Under the pieces are notes generated by a model. It saw only the letters and a program-made list of their open reading frames with translations, was not told where the DNA came from and made no database searches. A program made the translations under genes and the position numbers. From assembly GCA_944376265.1 (NCBI GenBank), contig CALWCD010000002.1:899-64898 (forward strand): 64,000 bases of DNA. The letters run 5' to 3'. Shown here piece by piece: positions 29,188 to 38,391 of the stretch. The stretch comes from an uncultured Clostridia bacterium. Lineage in GTDB: Bacteria > Bacillota > Clostridia > Oscillospirales > Acutalibacteraceae. Each line of letters starts with the position of its first letter. The stretch's first letter is position 1.

Positions 29188-30445
29188 GGAGTTCGCCTCC
29201 TTTCAAAGTGAACACCGACGCGGGATAGAATCTTCCGGCGGCTTCCACTACCTGTTCCGCCGTGTAGGTCATCAGCTGCTGGGCAGCCTGTTGAGGGGAA
29301 AGCGGGCTGCCGGAAAACTGCTGGCCCAGGCCCCAGGCCTCCACCTGGTACAGGGAATCCCCCACCCCCTGCAGGGAGTTCCGCAGAGCCAGCTTGGCGG
29401 AAAGCAGTTCGTCCTCTGTCAGCTGGCCACGCTGCAGGGCACGCAGCTGGTCAGCAATGGCCTCTTCTGCACGCTCCAGGTTGTGGGTCTCCACGCCGCT
29501 CTCGATATACAATGCCCGGCTGTTCTGATGCAGCCCGGCGGAGCAGTAATAGCAAAGGCTCATTTTCTCCCGGACGTTCTGGAACAGCTTGGAACTGGGC
29601 ACGCCGCCCAAAACAGCCGCCGCCAGCCAGAATAGTATTTTTTCCTCCTGGGCGTAGTCCGCCCGGTAAGCCATGGACAGCTTGGACTGGGACAGGGGCT
29701 GTTCCTCCACCACACGGCGGATTTCCGAAGGTTTCTCAAAGGCCAGCGGCGCCGTAACAATGGGCTTGCCCACACTGGCGAACCTGTCCCGGAACATCTC
29801 CCCGTCGGGAGCGCAGTCCCCCAGAGCGTAGATTTCAAACCGGGCATTGGAGAGCATCTCCTCCCAGGCCGCGGTCACCTCTTCCCGGTCCAGGGCTTCC
29901 ACGTCCTCCCGGCTGCCGGAACTGCTGAGCCCAGCGTTCCGGCCCTGGAACAGCAGCTCCTCGCTGCGGCGGTGGGTGTATTGGATCTTGTCGTTGAATT
30001 CCGCGTCTATCTGTTCCAAAAGCTGGCGCTGCTTCTGCAGGAAGTTATCCCGAGGGAACAAGCCCTCCTGATCCTTCAGAGGATGAAACAGAACAGAAAA
30101 GAGCAGGTCGGTAAGCTGGGCGAACATGTCCTCGCCGTCAAGGGCGTACCGGCTGGAGATGCCCTCCGCCGAAAGGGTGAGGCACTGGAACGCTCCGATT
30201 TTCTGCACGCGGCTTGCCAGAGAAGCTCCATAGAGCTGGGCAAGGCGGCTGTTGAAGGAGGTGTAGTCGGGATATTCCCGGGTCACCTGGCCGACCAGCC
30301 CCGGCAGAATGGCGTAGCGGGCAGCGGTGGACCGCTCCAGGGGCAGGAACATGTTCACGGAAACCTTGATGGTTTTGAACCGCGGATCTGTAAAGGTATG
30401 CAGGGTAACAGCGTCGCTGAGGCGCTGGGTGATAAGTTGGCTCAT
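29180..30445 (-). CDS. M16 peptidase-like protein, YmfF-like, lacks HxxEH
   Basis: RFKTIKVSVN, LYGA, SKLFQNVREKMSLCYY M16 C-domain motif; overlaps partner gene. Confidence 0.85.
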   Translation of the reverse strand: MSQLITQRLSDAVTLHTFTDPRFKTIKVSVNMFLPLERSTAARYAILPGLVGQVTREYPDYTSFNSRLAQLYGASLASRVQKIGAFQCLTLSAEGISSRYALDGEDMFAQLTDLLFSVLFHPLKDQEGLFPRDNFLQKQRQLLEQIDAEFNDKIQYTHRRSEELLFQGRNAGLSSSGSREDVEALDREEVTAAWEEMLSNARFEIYALGDCAPDGEMFRDRFASVGKPIVTAPLAFEKPSEIRRVVEEQPLSQSKLSMAYRADYAQEEKILFWLAAAVLGGVPSSKLFQNVREKMSLCYYCSAGLHQNSRALYIESGVETHNLERAEEAIADQLRALQRGQLTEDELLSAKLALRNSLQGVGDSLYQVEAWGLGQQFSGSPLSPQQAAQQLMTYTAEQVVEAAGRFYPASVFTLKGGELHG

Positions 30446-30534
30446 AGTCTCAAATAACCTTCCTAAAATAAATTCCATGCAAGGCGGGGCCAAAGAAAAT
30501 GGAAGTGCATAAATATGCTTCCATTCAGCTATTT

Positions 30535-30563
30535 AGTATACCACATTCTCCCAGGTTTTGAAA
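30535..30563 (-). promoter_or_regulatory. sigmaA-type promoter for M16 gene run
   Basis: TTTCAA-N17-TATACT with TG extension. Confidence 0.55.
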
Positions 30564-30744
30564 GGGCCCGAAAAAAATTCACAAATAAAACGAAACCAGG
30601 CGCGCCGCGGAATGGGTTCTCACAGCGGCGCGCCCGGAAGAGGGAGACTCAGGGTTCCTTCCCGGTTTTTAGAGGGGTTTTACAAAGCGGCATGGGTGTT
30701 TTTCGGCATTTTCCCAGAACCTTGGGAATCCGAGCCTCTCAAAA

Positions 30745-30786
30745 GAAAAAAACAGAGGGCCGCGGCAGAAACGCAGCAGCCCTCTG
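30745..30786 (-). terminator. Intrinsic terminator after upp
   Basis: CAGAGGGC..GCCCTCTG followed on minus strand by TTTTTTTCTTTT. Confidence 0.8.
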
Positions 30787-30794
30787 AAGCTTCC

Positions 30795-31433
30795 TTATTT
30801 CGTGCCGAAGATCCGGTCTCCGGCGTCTCCCAGCCCGGGGAGAATATATCCGTTCTCGTTGAGGCGCTCATCCACGGCGGCGCAATAGATATGCACGTCG
30901 GGATGGGCTTTGGTCAAGGCTTCCAAGCCTTCCGGAGCGGCGATGACACACAGGAACTTGATGCTCTTGGGATGGCTGCGCTTGACAATGGTGATAGCGT
31001 CCACGGCAGAGCCGCCGGTGGCCAGCATGGGGTCCAGAACAATCACATCCCGCTCCTCAATATCCGCGGGCAGCTTGTTGTAATACTCCACAGGCTTCAG
31101 CGTCTCGTGGTCCCGGTAAAGACCGATGTGCCCCACCTTTGCGGAAGGCACCAGTTTCAGCATGCCGTCCACCATGCCCAGGCCTGCCCGCAGAATGGGG
31201 ACGAAAGCCAGCTTCCGGCCGGCGATCACCTTGGTGGTGGTTTTCTGCATGGGGGTCACGGTTTCCACGTCCATCAGGGGAAGGTCCCGGGTGGCCTCGT
31301 AGCACATCAAAGTGGCAATCTCGCTGACCAGCTCCCGGAAATTTTTGGTGCCGGTGGAAACGTCCCGCAGGAACGTAAGCTTGTGCTGGATCAGCGGATG
31401 GTCCATTACAAACACATTTTCATAGTTTTGCAT
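30795..31433 (-). CDS. upp: Uracil phosphoribosyltransferase
   Basis: [40 protein letters not shown]. Confidence 0.98.
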   Translation of the reverse strand: MQNYENVFVMDHPLIQHKLTFLRDVSTGTKNFRELVSEIATLMCYEATRDLPLMDVETVTPMQKTTTKVIAGRKLAFVPILRAGLGMVDGMLKLVPSAKVGHIGLYRDHETLKPVEYYNKLPADIEERDVIVLDPMLATGGSAVDAITIVKRSHPKSIKFLCVIAAPEGLEALTKAHPDVHIYCAAVDERLNENGYILPGLGDAGDRIFGTK

Positions 31434-31467
31434 GGCGTATCTCCTCCCTTTTTACATTGCGTGCAGC

Positions 31468-31914
31468 TTACAGCTGTCCGTTCTCTATCTGAGCGATCTG
31501 GTCGATCCGGCGCTGGTGACGGCCTCCCTCGAACTCGGTGTTCAGGAAAATGTCCACCAGTTTGAGGGCTGTCTCCTTGTCGATCACCTTGCCGCCCATA
31601 CACAGGATGTTGGCGTTGTTGTGGCGGCGGGTCATTTCCGCGCAGAACTCGTTGGTGCAGAGCGCGGCCCGAATGCCCTTCACCTTGTTGGCGGCAATGG
31701 AGATGCCAATGCCGGTGGAGCACACCAGAATTCCCCGGTCCGCCTCGCCGGAAGCAACCGCTTTGGCCGCCTTCGCGGCAATGGGTGCGTAGTCGATGGA
31801 ATCAGTGCTGTAAGCGCCGAAATCCTCGTAGGGAATGTTGTGCTCTTCCAGATAGCCCCGGACAGCCTCTTTCAGCTCGAAGCCGCCGTGGTCGCAGCCA
31901 ATAGCCAATTTCAT
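31468..31914 (-). CDS. rpiB: Ribose-5-phosphate isomerase B
   Basis: IGCDHGG, CSTGIG..AANK, RRHNNAN, FEGGRHQRR. Confidence 0.95.
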   Translation of the reverse strand: MKLAIGCDHGGFELKEAVRGYLEEHNIPYEDFGAYSTDSIDYAPIAAKAAKAVASGEADRGILVCSTGIGISIAANKVKGIRAALCTNEFCAEMTRRHNNANILCMGGKVIDKETALKLVDIFLNTEFEGGRHQRRIDQIAQIENGQL

Positions 31915-31952
31915 AACAAAAGCTCCTTTCCAGCTTTTAGATTGCAGCTTGT

Positions 31953-32657
31953 TCACGCCTTTTGTTCCAGGCGCTTTTTCAGTTCCCGCTCCGCCTGAGG
32001 CAGCCGCAGGTATACCGGCGCCAAGGCAGAAGCGGAAATGGTTTTCCCTGCCTGGGCGGCCTCCTCCCCCAGCAGCGCCACGGAAGAAGCCCGCTGAAAG
32101 CGGATGGCTTCCGGCGCGAGCCTGGCTCCCCAGGCTTGGAAGGTTTTATGGCACAGCGCGGCGCCGTCGCCCAGAAGAAGAACTTTTTCGCCAGAACCCC
32201 GGCACTCCTTCTCCAGGTCGGCAATGGACAGCGCCCTGTCTTCCGTGAGACGGCGAAGCGTACCGCCCTCCGCCTGAAACAGGGCGTTGTACACCTGGCC
32301 GCACCGGGCGTCCATCACGGCGCACAGCAGGGCGCCCTGGGCGGAGATCCCGCCCCAGGCGATGGCTTCCAGGGTGGACACCCCCACGCAGGGAGTGTCG
32401 CTCACCAGGGCCATGCCCTTTACGCAGGCTACGCCAATGCGCACCCCCGTAAAGGAACCGGGACCGTGAGATACCGCAAGCACGTCCACGTCCCCGCAGG
32501 AGCGGCTCACGGTTTCCAGCAGGTTCTGGACCATGGGCAGCAGGGTCTGGCTGTGGGTCTGTTTCGTGTTGACAAAAAATTCCCCCAGCAGTTTGCCGTC
32601 TTCCACCACTGCGGCGGAGGCCGCCGCGGCTGAGGAATCGATTCCCAGCGTCAGCAT
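31953..32657 (-). CDS. tsaB: t6A biosynthesis protein TsaB
   Basis: LGIDSS, HSQTLLP, GPGSFTGVRIG, DARCGQVY, PVYLR. Confidence 0.95.
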   Translation of the reverse strand: MLTLGIDSSAAAASAAVVEDGKLLGEFFVNTKQTHSQTLLPMVQNLLETVSRSCGDVDVLAVSHGPGSFTGVRIGVACVKGMALVSDTPCVGVSTLEAIAWGGISAQGALLCAVMDARCGQVYNALFQAEGGTLRRLTEDRALSIADLEKECRGSGEKVLLLGDGAALCHKTFQAWGARLAPEAIRFQRASSVALLGEEAAQAGKTISASALAPVYLRLPQAERELKKRLEQKA

Positions 32658-33094
32658 GGCGTTCCTCCTCCTTTCCAACCTTCTATGGTGATTATCCTGT
32701 CCTGGTCCCTCTCTCCCGGGCGGATGTCCACGGAGATCACCTGTTCCGGAAGGGCTCCGGCAATGTTTTCGCTCCACTCGATCACCAGCACGCAGTCCGT
32801 GTCCAGGTAATCGAAGAAACCTGTGGAGTACAGGTCGTCCCAGCTCTCCACCCGGTACATGTCAAAATGTTCCACCGTCAGGCGGCCGGAATATTCGTTG
32901 ACCAGAGCGAAGGTGGGGCTGGACACCACGTCCCCCGCTCCCAGCCCTATCACAAGGCCCCGGGTAAACGCGGTTTTGCCCGCCCCCATGCCTCCGGTGA
33001 AGGCAATGACCTCTCCCTCCTTCAGATCGCGAGCCAGCCGCTGGGCCAAAGCGCTTGTCTCCTCAGGGGAATGGGTGAGAAATTGCTCCGCCAT
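32651..33094 (-). CDS. tsaE: t6A biosynthesis ATPase TsaE
   Basis: GGMGAGKT, SSPTFAL, HFDMYR, IEW. Confidence 0.95.
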   Translation of the reverse strand: MAEQFLTHSPEETSALAQRLARDLKEGEVIAFTGGMGAGKTAFTRGLVIGLGAGDVVSSPTFALVNEYSGRLTVEHFDMYRVESWDDLYSTGFFDYLDTDCVLVIEWSENIAGALPEQVISVDIRPGERDQDRIITIEGWKGGGTPC

Positions 33095-33095
33095 A

Positions 33096-34772
33096 TCAGA
33101 ACAGGCCGTGGATCACAGCGTTCTCGTCCACGTCGATCTTCTCCGCGGCGGGTACCTTGGGCAGGCCGGGCATGGTCATGATATCACCGGCGTAGGCCAC
33201 CACAAAGCCGGCGCCATTGGACAGCCGCAGGTCCCGAATGGTGATGGTGAAGTCTGTGGGACGGCCCAGCAGCTTGGCGTCGTCGGAGAGGGAATACTGG
33301 GTTTTTGCAATGCACACCGGCATGGAGTCGCCGCCCAATGCCTTGATGTCCTTCAGGGACTTTCTGGCGGCAGCGGTGAACGTGACATCCTTGGCGCCGT
33401 AGATCTGGGAGGCGATGGCCTGGATTTTCTCCTCCACGGTGGCTTCGATGGGATAGATGGGCGCGAAGTGGGTCTTACCCTCGTTTTCGTCAATGACCCG
33501 GCAGATGGTCTGGGCCAGCTCCATGCCGCCTTCGCCGCCCTTGCCGAACACTTCGGACAGGGCATAGGACACGCCCAGTTCCTGGCAGCACTGGTCGATG
33601 ACAGCCAGTTCCCCGTCGGTATCGGTGCCGAACCGGTTGATGGCCACCACCACCGGCACACCGAACTTGCCCATGTTCTCCACGTGGGCTTTCAGGTTGA
33701 CAATACCCTTTTCCAGAGCGGGGATATTTTCCGCGGCCAACTCCGCCTTGGGGACGCCGCCGTTGTATTTCAGCGCCCGCACCGTGGCGACCACCACCAC
33801 GCAGGAAGGCGCCAGGCCCGCCATGCGGCACTTGATGTCCATAAACTTTTCGGCGCCCAGGTCGGAACCGAACCCGGCTTCCGTGATGCAGTAATCCGCC
33901 AGCTTCAGTGCCAGACGGGTAGCCCGCACGGAGTTGCAGCCGTGGGCGATGTTGGCAAAAGGTCCGCCGTGCATGATGGCGGGAGTGCCTTCGATGGTCT
34001 GCACCAGGTTGGGGTTCACAGCGTCGCGCAGCAGGGCTGCCATGGCGCCCTCGGCCTTGATATCCCGGGCGTAGACCGGCTTGCCCTCGTAGGTGTAGGC
34101 AATGAGAATGCTGCCCAAACGCTGCTTCAGGTCGTTCATATCCTTGGCCAGGCACAGGATGGCCATGACTTCGGAAGCCACGGTGATGATGAAGCCGTCC
34201 TCCCGGGGCACGCCGTTGATCTTGCCACCCAGGCCCACGATCACGTTGCGCAGGGCCCGGTCATTCATGTCCAGGCACCGCTTGATCTGGATCCGCCGGG
34301 GGTCGATGCCCAGAGGGTTCCCCTGCTGCAGGTGGTTGTCCAGCATGGCGCAGCACAGGTTGTTGGCAGAGGTGATGGCGTGCATGTCACCGGTAAAGTG
34401 CAGGTTGATGTCCTCCATGGGCAGAACCTGAGCATAGCCGCCGCCGGCCGCCCCGCCCTTTATGCCGAACACAGGGCCCAGAGAGGGCTCCCGCAGGGCG
34501 ATGATGGCCTTTTTGCCAATTTTTGCCATGGCCTGGCCCAAGCCCGCGGTAGTGGTGGTCTTTCCTTCCCCGGCGGGGGTGGGATTGATGGCGGTCACCA
34601 GCACCAGCTTGCCGTCGGGCTTGTCCGCCAGACGGGCAAAGGCCCGCTCGTTGATTTTGGCTTTGTACTTGCCGTAGAGCTCCAGCTCCTCTTCCTGGAT
34701 GCCCAGTTCCTCCGCGATCTCCGCGATGGGACGCAGTGTCGTGCTTTGGGCGATCTCAATGTCTGAAAGCAT
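33096..34772 (-). CDS. fhs: Formate--tetrahydrofolate ligase
   Basis: [57 protein letters not shown]. Confidence 0.98.
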   Translation of the reverse strand: MLSDIEIAQSTTLRPIAEIAEELGIQEEELELYGKYKAKINERAFARLADKPDGKLVLVTAINPTPAGEGKTTTTAGLGQAMAKIGKKAIIALREPSLGPVFGIKGGAAGGGYAQVLPMEDINLHFTGDMHAITSANNLCCAMLDNHLQQGNPLGIDPRRIQIKRCLDMNDRALRNVIVGLGGKINGVPREDGFIITVASEVMAILCLAKDMNDLKQRLGSILIAYTYEGKPVYARDIKAEGAMAALLRDAVNPNLVQTIEGTPAIMHGGPFANIAHGCNSVRATRLALKLADYCITEAGFGSDLGAEKFMDIKCRMAGLAPSCVVVVATVRALKYNGGVPKAELAAENIPALEKGIVNLKAHVENMGKFGVPVVVAINRFGTDTDGELAVIDQCCQELGVSYALSEVFGKGGEGGMELAQTICRVIDENEGKTHFAPIYPIEATVEEKIQAIASQIYGAKDVTFTAAARKSLKDIKALGGDSMPVCIAKTQYSLSDDAKLLGRPTDFTITIRDLRLSNGAGFVVAYAGDIMTMPGLPKVPAAEKIDVDENAVIHGLF

Positions 34773-34833
34773 TTCCCCCACAACCTTTCTGGCCGACTAG
34801 CGGCCGCCGAATTTGTATTGCTCGATCCTTTAT

Positions 34834-34862
34834 ATTATAGAAGATTTTCCAGAAGGTGTAAA
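34834..34862 (-). promoter_or_regulatory. sigmaA promoter for fhs run
   Basis: TTTACA-N17-TATAAT. Confidence 0.7.
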
Positions 34863-34878
34863 GCCCGAAACAAAAAAC

Positions 34879-34907
34879 TTGAAGGCCCGCTGACACTATG
34901 CTATAAT
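34879..34907 (+). promoter_or_regulatory. sigmaA promoter for rodA
   Basis: TTGAAG-N17-TATAAT with TG extension; divergent from fhs promoter. Confidence 0.7.
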
Positions 34908-34982
34908 TAACATAATTCACCCTTGGAAGAACTTCCGTGACCGGCTGATGCCAGGTTATTTGATAAAGAGTAGGATTTCACT

Positions 34983-36170
34983 ATGGTAAAACGACGTATC
35001 AAAAGCATTTTCAACTACATTAAAAAGGCGGACATCCTCCTGTGGCTGCTGCTGGCGGCCATCTCGGTGTACAGCCTGCTGCTTCTGCGCAGCGTGGACA
35101 GCGCCACCGGGTCCGGGTATTTTAAAACCCAAGTGTTCGCCATTGGCCTTGGTGTGGCGGGCGCCATCGTTATCTCTCTGCTGGACTATGTGGAGCTTTC
35201 CAATTTCTGGTACCTGCTGGCGGGCTTTTCCGTTTTCCTCATGATCTACACGGCGTTGTTCGGCGAACAGGTCCAGGGCAGCGGCGGCGTGGACGCCCGG
35301 GCCTGGATCACCATCGGCGGCAGGACCTTCCAGTCCTCGGAGCTGGTGAAGATCGCCTTTATCCTCACGTTTGCCAAGCACCTGGACACCCTGCGCAAAA
35401 GGGACCTGATCAACCATCCCCTCCATGTGGTGCTGCTGGGTGGCCATGCCCTGGTTCCCATTCTCCTGTGCCAGATGCAGGGCGATACCGGCGCCGGCGT
35501 GGTGTTTTTCGCCATGTTCCTGGTGATGAGCCTGGCAGCGGGGGTGCAGCTCCGGTATTTTGCCATTCTGGGCATTATGGTCTTGATTGCCCTGCCCCTT
35601 CTGTGGAAGTTTGTGATGAGCGATTATCAGAAGCTGCGGTTTGTCGCCCTGTTCAACCTGGACGATCCCACGGTGCAGATGGAGGACGGGTACCAGCAGT
35701 ACCAGGGGCGGATCTCCATTGGCAGCGGCAAGCTGACCGGCCAGGGACTGTTTCAGGGCAGCCGGGTGGCGAGCAACAGCGTGCCCTTCCAGCAGAGCGA
35801 CTACATTTTCTCTGTGGCGGGGGAAGAGCTGGGATTTTTGGGCTGTTCCCTGATCCTGCTGCTTCTGTTCCTCTTTATGGCCAAGGTGCTCCATGTGGCC
35901 TATTCCTCCCGGGACGATCTGGGCAGGTTTATCTGTTTCGGCTATTTTGGCATCATTGCCCTTCAGTCCGTATCCAACATTGGCATGTGCCTGGCCCTGC
36001 TTCCCGCCATGGGTGTGACCCTTCCCTTCTTCAGCGCCGGCGGTTCCTCCGCTGCCTGCATGTACTTCGGGTTCGGCCTGGTCCAAAGCGTCTATATGCG
36101 CCGCAAGGAAAGCGACGGCCTGCGGCTGAAGCGAAAAGAGCCTCTTCGCTTCCTTTACAAACAGATCTGA
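34983..36170 (+). CDS. SEDS family peptidoglycan polymerase (RodA/FtsW)
   Basis: about 10 TM helices, ARAWI..FQSSELVK, QGDTG, GYQQYQ..IGSG..GQG, SDYIFS..EELG, LPFFSAGGSS. Confidence 0.93.
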   Translation: MVKRRIKSIFNYIKKADILLWLLLAAISVYSLLLLRSVDSATGSGYFKTQVFAIGLGVAGAIVISLLDYVELSNFWYLLAGFSVFLMIYTALFGEQVQGSGGVDARAWITIGGRTFQSSELVKIAFILTFAKHLDTLRKRDLINHPLHVVLLGGHALVPILLCQMQGDTGAGVVFFAMFLVMSLAAGVQLRYFAILGIMVLIALPLLWKFVMSDYQKLRFVALFNLDDPTVQMEDGYQQYQGRISIGSGKLTGQGLFQGSRVASNSVPFQQSDYIFSVAGEELGFLGCSLILLLLFLFMAKVLHVAYSSRDDLGRFICFGYFGIIALQSVSNIGMCLALLPAMGVTLPFFSAGGSSAACMYFGFGLVQSVYMRRKESDGLRLKRKEPLRFLYKQI

Positions 36171-36181
36171 TTCACAAAACG

Positions 36182-36219
36182 AAACGCCTTCGGGGAGTTG
36201 GTCCTCGAAGGCGTTTTTT
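36182..36219. terminator. Bidirectional terminator (rodA / ATP-grasp)
   Basis: AAACGCCTTCG..CGAAGGCGTTT between convergent genes. Confidence 0.8.
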
Positions 36220-36220
36220 G

Positions 36221-37231
36221 TCAGATTCCTTTCACGAATTCCCGGAACCGGGGCAGCATGCCGATCTTGTCGGGGGTGTGGGGCGGCATCTGCAGAATGT
36301 CGTAGCCGGGCAGGTTGTTGCCCTCCACAAACACAGGGCCGCTGGGGGTGATGGCTACGTCCCAGCCCACGTACCGCATATTCGGCACCACCAGGGCAGC
36401 TTCCAGGCACATGGCCTTGGCCTCCTCCCAGTAGGGAATGGCGAACCCCTGGATGGTGGTATGGGTGCGGGGATGCTCCGTGTAAGTGTTGCGGGCCTTG
36501 TCGTACGCCGGGTACTGGATGACCCCCTTCTCCAGGTCCAGGGGGGCGAACATGCCGCCGGAATGAAGGTTGTCCACCGGCCGGTCACTGTTGCCGATAC
36601 GGATGTGGGCGTAAACGATATGGGGCCCTGTCTCGTTGACAATGGTGACGACCCGGATCGTGTTGATGGCGTGAGGGTTCATCTTGTTCATTGTCTCGTG
36701 CTGCTGGAGCACATCCTCCACCACGCCGATGCCCTCGGCTTTCAGCTTGTCGTACATTTGATCCAGGGAGGCGAAGTCCTTCTTGAACAGCTTGTTGACG
36801 CCGAAGCCGCCGCTGGAGGATTCCGGTTTCACCATGACCGCGTCACGGTGTTCCATGAACTTTTTGAAGTCCTCTTGAGAGGCCTTGGAAAAGTCCAGCC
36901 ACTCCCGGCCGATGTATTTGGCAAAGGTGGTGTAGAACTCCGTCTTGTTGTCGAAGTAGTGATAGGAGTCCCGGTCGTTGAGGATGCGTGTCATGGCGTT
37001 GTTCACGCTGCGGGTGACATAGGTGGCCCGCTGGGCGTCGGTAAGGTTGTAAAACTCACACAGCAGGTAGTCGTTAAACCCGGCGCCGTATTTCACGCCG
37101 CACTTTACTACATCGGCCAGAATGCCCGCCGAGTTCTTCTTGGTGATCTTGTGGACCTTTCCCACCGTGCGGAACAGCTCCGGGTAATCCATGCGGGTGA
37201 CGCAGGTCAGGATAAATTTCAGCTTTCCCAT
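36221..37231 (-). CDS. Sugar-transfer-associated ATP-grasp ligase (ATPgrasp_ST-like)
   Basis: FDNKTEF, VKPESSSGG.G, NTIRVVT, VDNLHSGG, YVGWDVAI..GP.FVEGN. Confidence 0.8.
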   Translation of the reverse strand: MGKLKFILTCVTRMDYPELFRTVGKVHKITKKNSAGILADVVKCGVKYGAGFNDYLLCEFYNLTDAQRATYVTRSVNNAMTRILNDRDSYHYFDNKTEFYTTFAKYIGREWLDFSKASQEDFKKFMEHRDAVMVKPESSSGGFGVNKLFKKDFASLDQMYDKLKAEGIGVVEDVLQQHETMNKMNPHAINTIRVVTIVNETGPHIVYAHIRIGNSDRPVDNLHSGGMFAPLDLEKGVIQYPAYDKARNTYTEHPRTHTTIQGFAIPYWEEAKAMCLEAALVVPNMRYVGWDVAITPSGPVFVEGNNLPGYDILQMPPHTPDKIGMLPRFREFVKGI

Positions 37232-37243
37232 GGTCTCTCCCCC

Positions 37244-37444
37244 TTACCGTTTCTTCCCGCCCTGCTGACGGCGCAGAGTGGCTTCCTCGTCCAGGCGCAG
37301 CTCTCCCTCGTCGGTGATGGTGAGCACGCTGCCCGCCTTGGCTCCCTGGGGCACTTCGCCCAGTTCAATGGCGAAATATTTCTGGTCGCTGTCTGTGCAG
37401 ATGGCAAATTTCCCGTCCAAACGGTCAATGACAAGCTGTTTCAT
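37244..37444 (-). CDS. DUF3006 family small protein
   Basis: VIDRLDGKFAI..EVP.GAKAGSVL..DEEAT..R pattern, 66 aa. Confidence 0.8.
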   Translation of the reverse strand: MKQLVIDRLDGKFAICTDSDQKYFAIELGEVPQGAKAGSVLTITDEGELRLDEEATLRRQQGGKKR

Positions 37445-38391
37445 GAATTCCCTTCTGTCCTTTCCAATGTGGTTTGATATTCACTTCTCAGGGAGAGATG
37501 CTTCCCATCCCAGGAGAACACCAGATCCCCGTCGGTATCTGTTCGATAGATGGCTGCGCCCACGCTTTCCAGCCGGCGCAGCGTTTCCTCCCGGGGCAGA
37601 TTGCTGTTGTCCGGCCCCACGGAGATGGCGGCGACGGAAGGCGAAACGGCCTCCAGAAACCGCTGGGAAGAGGAACCGGCACTGCCGTGATGAGCCACTT
37701 TCAGCAGGTCCGCGGTGAGATTCGCCCCGGATTTCACCAGGTCCAGCTCTGCCTGGGCTTCCATGTCCCCGCAGAACAGGGCGGAGAACCCCTGGTATTC
37801 CAACCGAAGCACCAGGGAGCAGTTGTTGGAATCCTCATAGTCTTTCAGAGGGCCTAACACCTCCAGGAAAGTTCCGCCCAGGGGAAGCTGGTCCCCAGGC
37901 TGAACCTGGCGCACCGGAACCTCCCGGTGTTCCCTAGCCTGCTCCAGGGCGGCGTATTCCAGCGTCTGCCCCATTTCCTCCGGCCAGGGATAGACCACCA
38001 GCTGGCCCACAGGAAGCTCTTCCAGCACCTGGGACAAACCGCCGATGTGGTCGCTGTCCGGGTGGGAAGCAATCACGTAATCCAGCCGGTCCACGCCCAT
38101 TCGGCACAGGTAATCCACCACCCTGTCGCCGGAGGCGGAAGTTCCTCCGTCCAGAAGAGCCGTTTCGCCCTCACAGCGCAGAAGCAAGGCGTCCGCTTTC
38201 CCCACGTCGATCATGTGAAGCTCCAAGGGGCTGGATTCCACCGGCCCCCGGAACCCTGAAAGGGATGAAAGCTCCTTCCAAAAGGCCTTTCCCAGCGGGG
38301 TGAGGGAAAAGACCAGCACCGCCGCCAGCAGAATGCCTGCCCCGCGGCGGATCAGGGCACGCGCCTTCTTCTTTCCAGGGGCCACAGTCAC
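37441..38391 (-). CDS. Stand-alone ComEC/Rec2-type metallo-beta-lactamase-fold hydrolase
   Basis: [44 protein letters not shown]; N-terminal TM anchor; no ComEC channel domain. Confidence 0.87.
   Translation of the reverse strand: MTVAPGKKKARALIRRGAGILLAAVLVFSLTPLGKAFWKELSSLSGFRGPVESSPLELHMIDVGKADALLLRCEGETALLDGGTSASGDRVVDYLCRMGVDRLDYVIASHPDSDHIGGLSQVLEELPVGQLVVYPWPEEMGQTLEYAALEQAREHREVPVRQVQPGDQLPLGGTFLEVLGPLKDYEDSNNCSLVLRLEYQGFSALFCGDMEAQAELDLVKSGANLTADLLKVAHHGSAGSSSQRFLEAVSPSVAAISVGPDNSNLPREETLRRLESVGAAIYRTDTDGDLVFSWDGKHLSLRSEYQTTLERTEGNS

Noticed and set aside
30560-30760. 6S RNA or tRNA in the hairpin-rich intergenic region
   Set aside because: Ends do not pair into one long rod with a central bubble; no cloverleaf or TTCGA T-loop. 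Kept only as an unexplained structure.
34773-34835. THF or ZTP riboswitch upstream of fhs (and of folD)
   Set aside because: The leader is only about 55 nt with one small GGCCG/CGGCC hairpin and none of the conserved motifs; folD has a 26-bp gap upstream.
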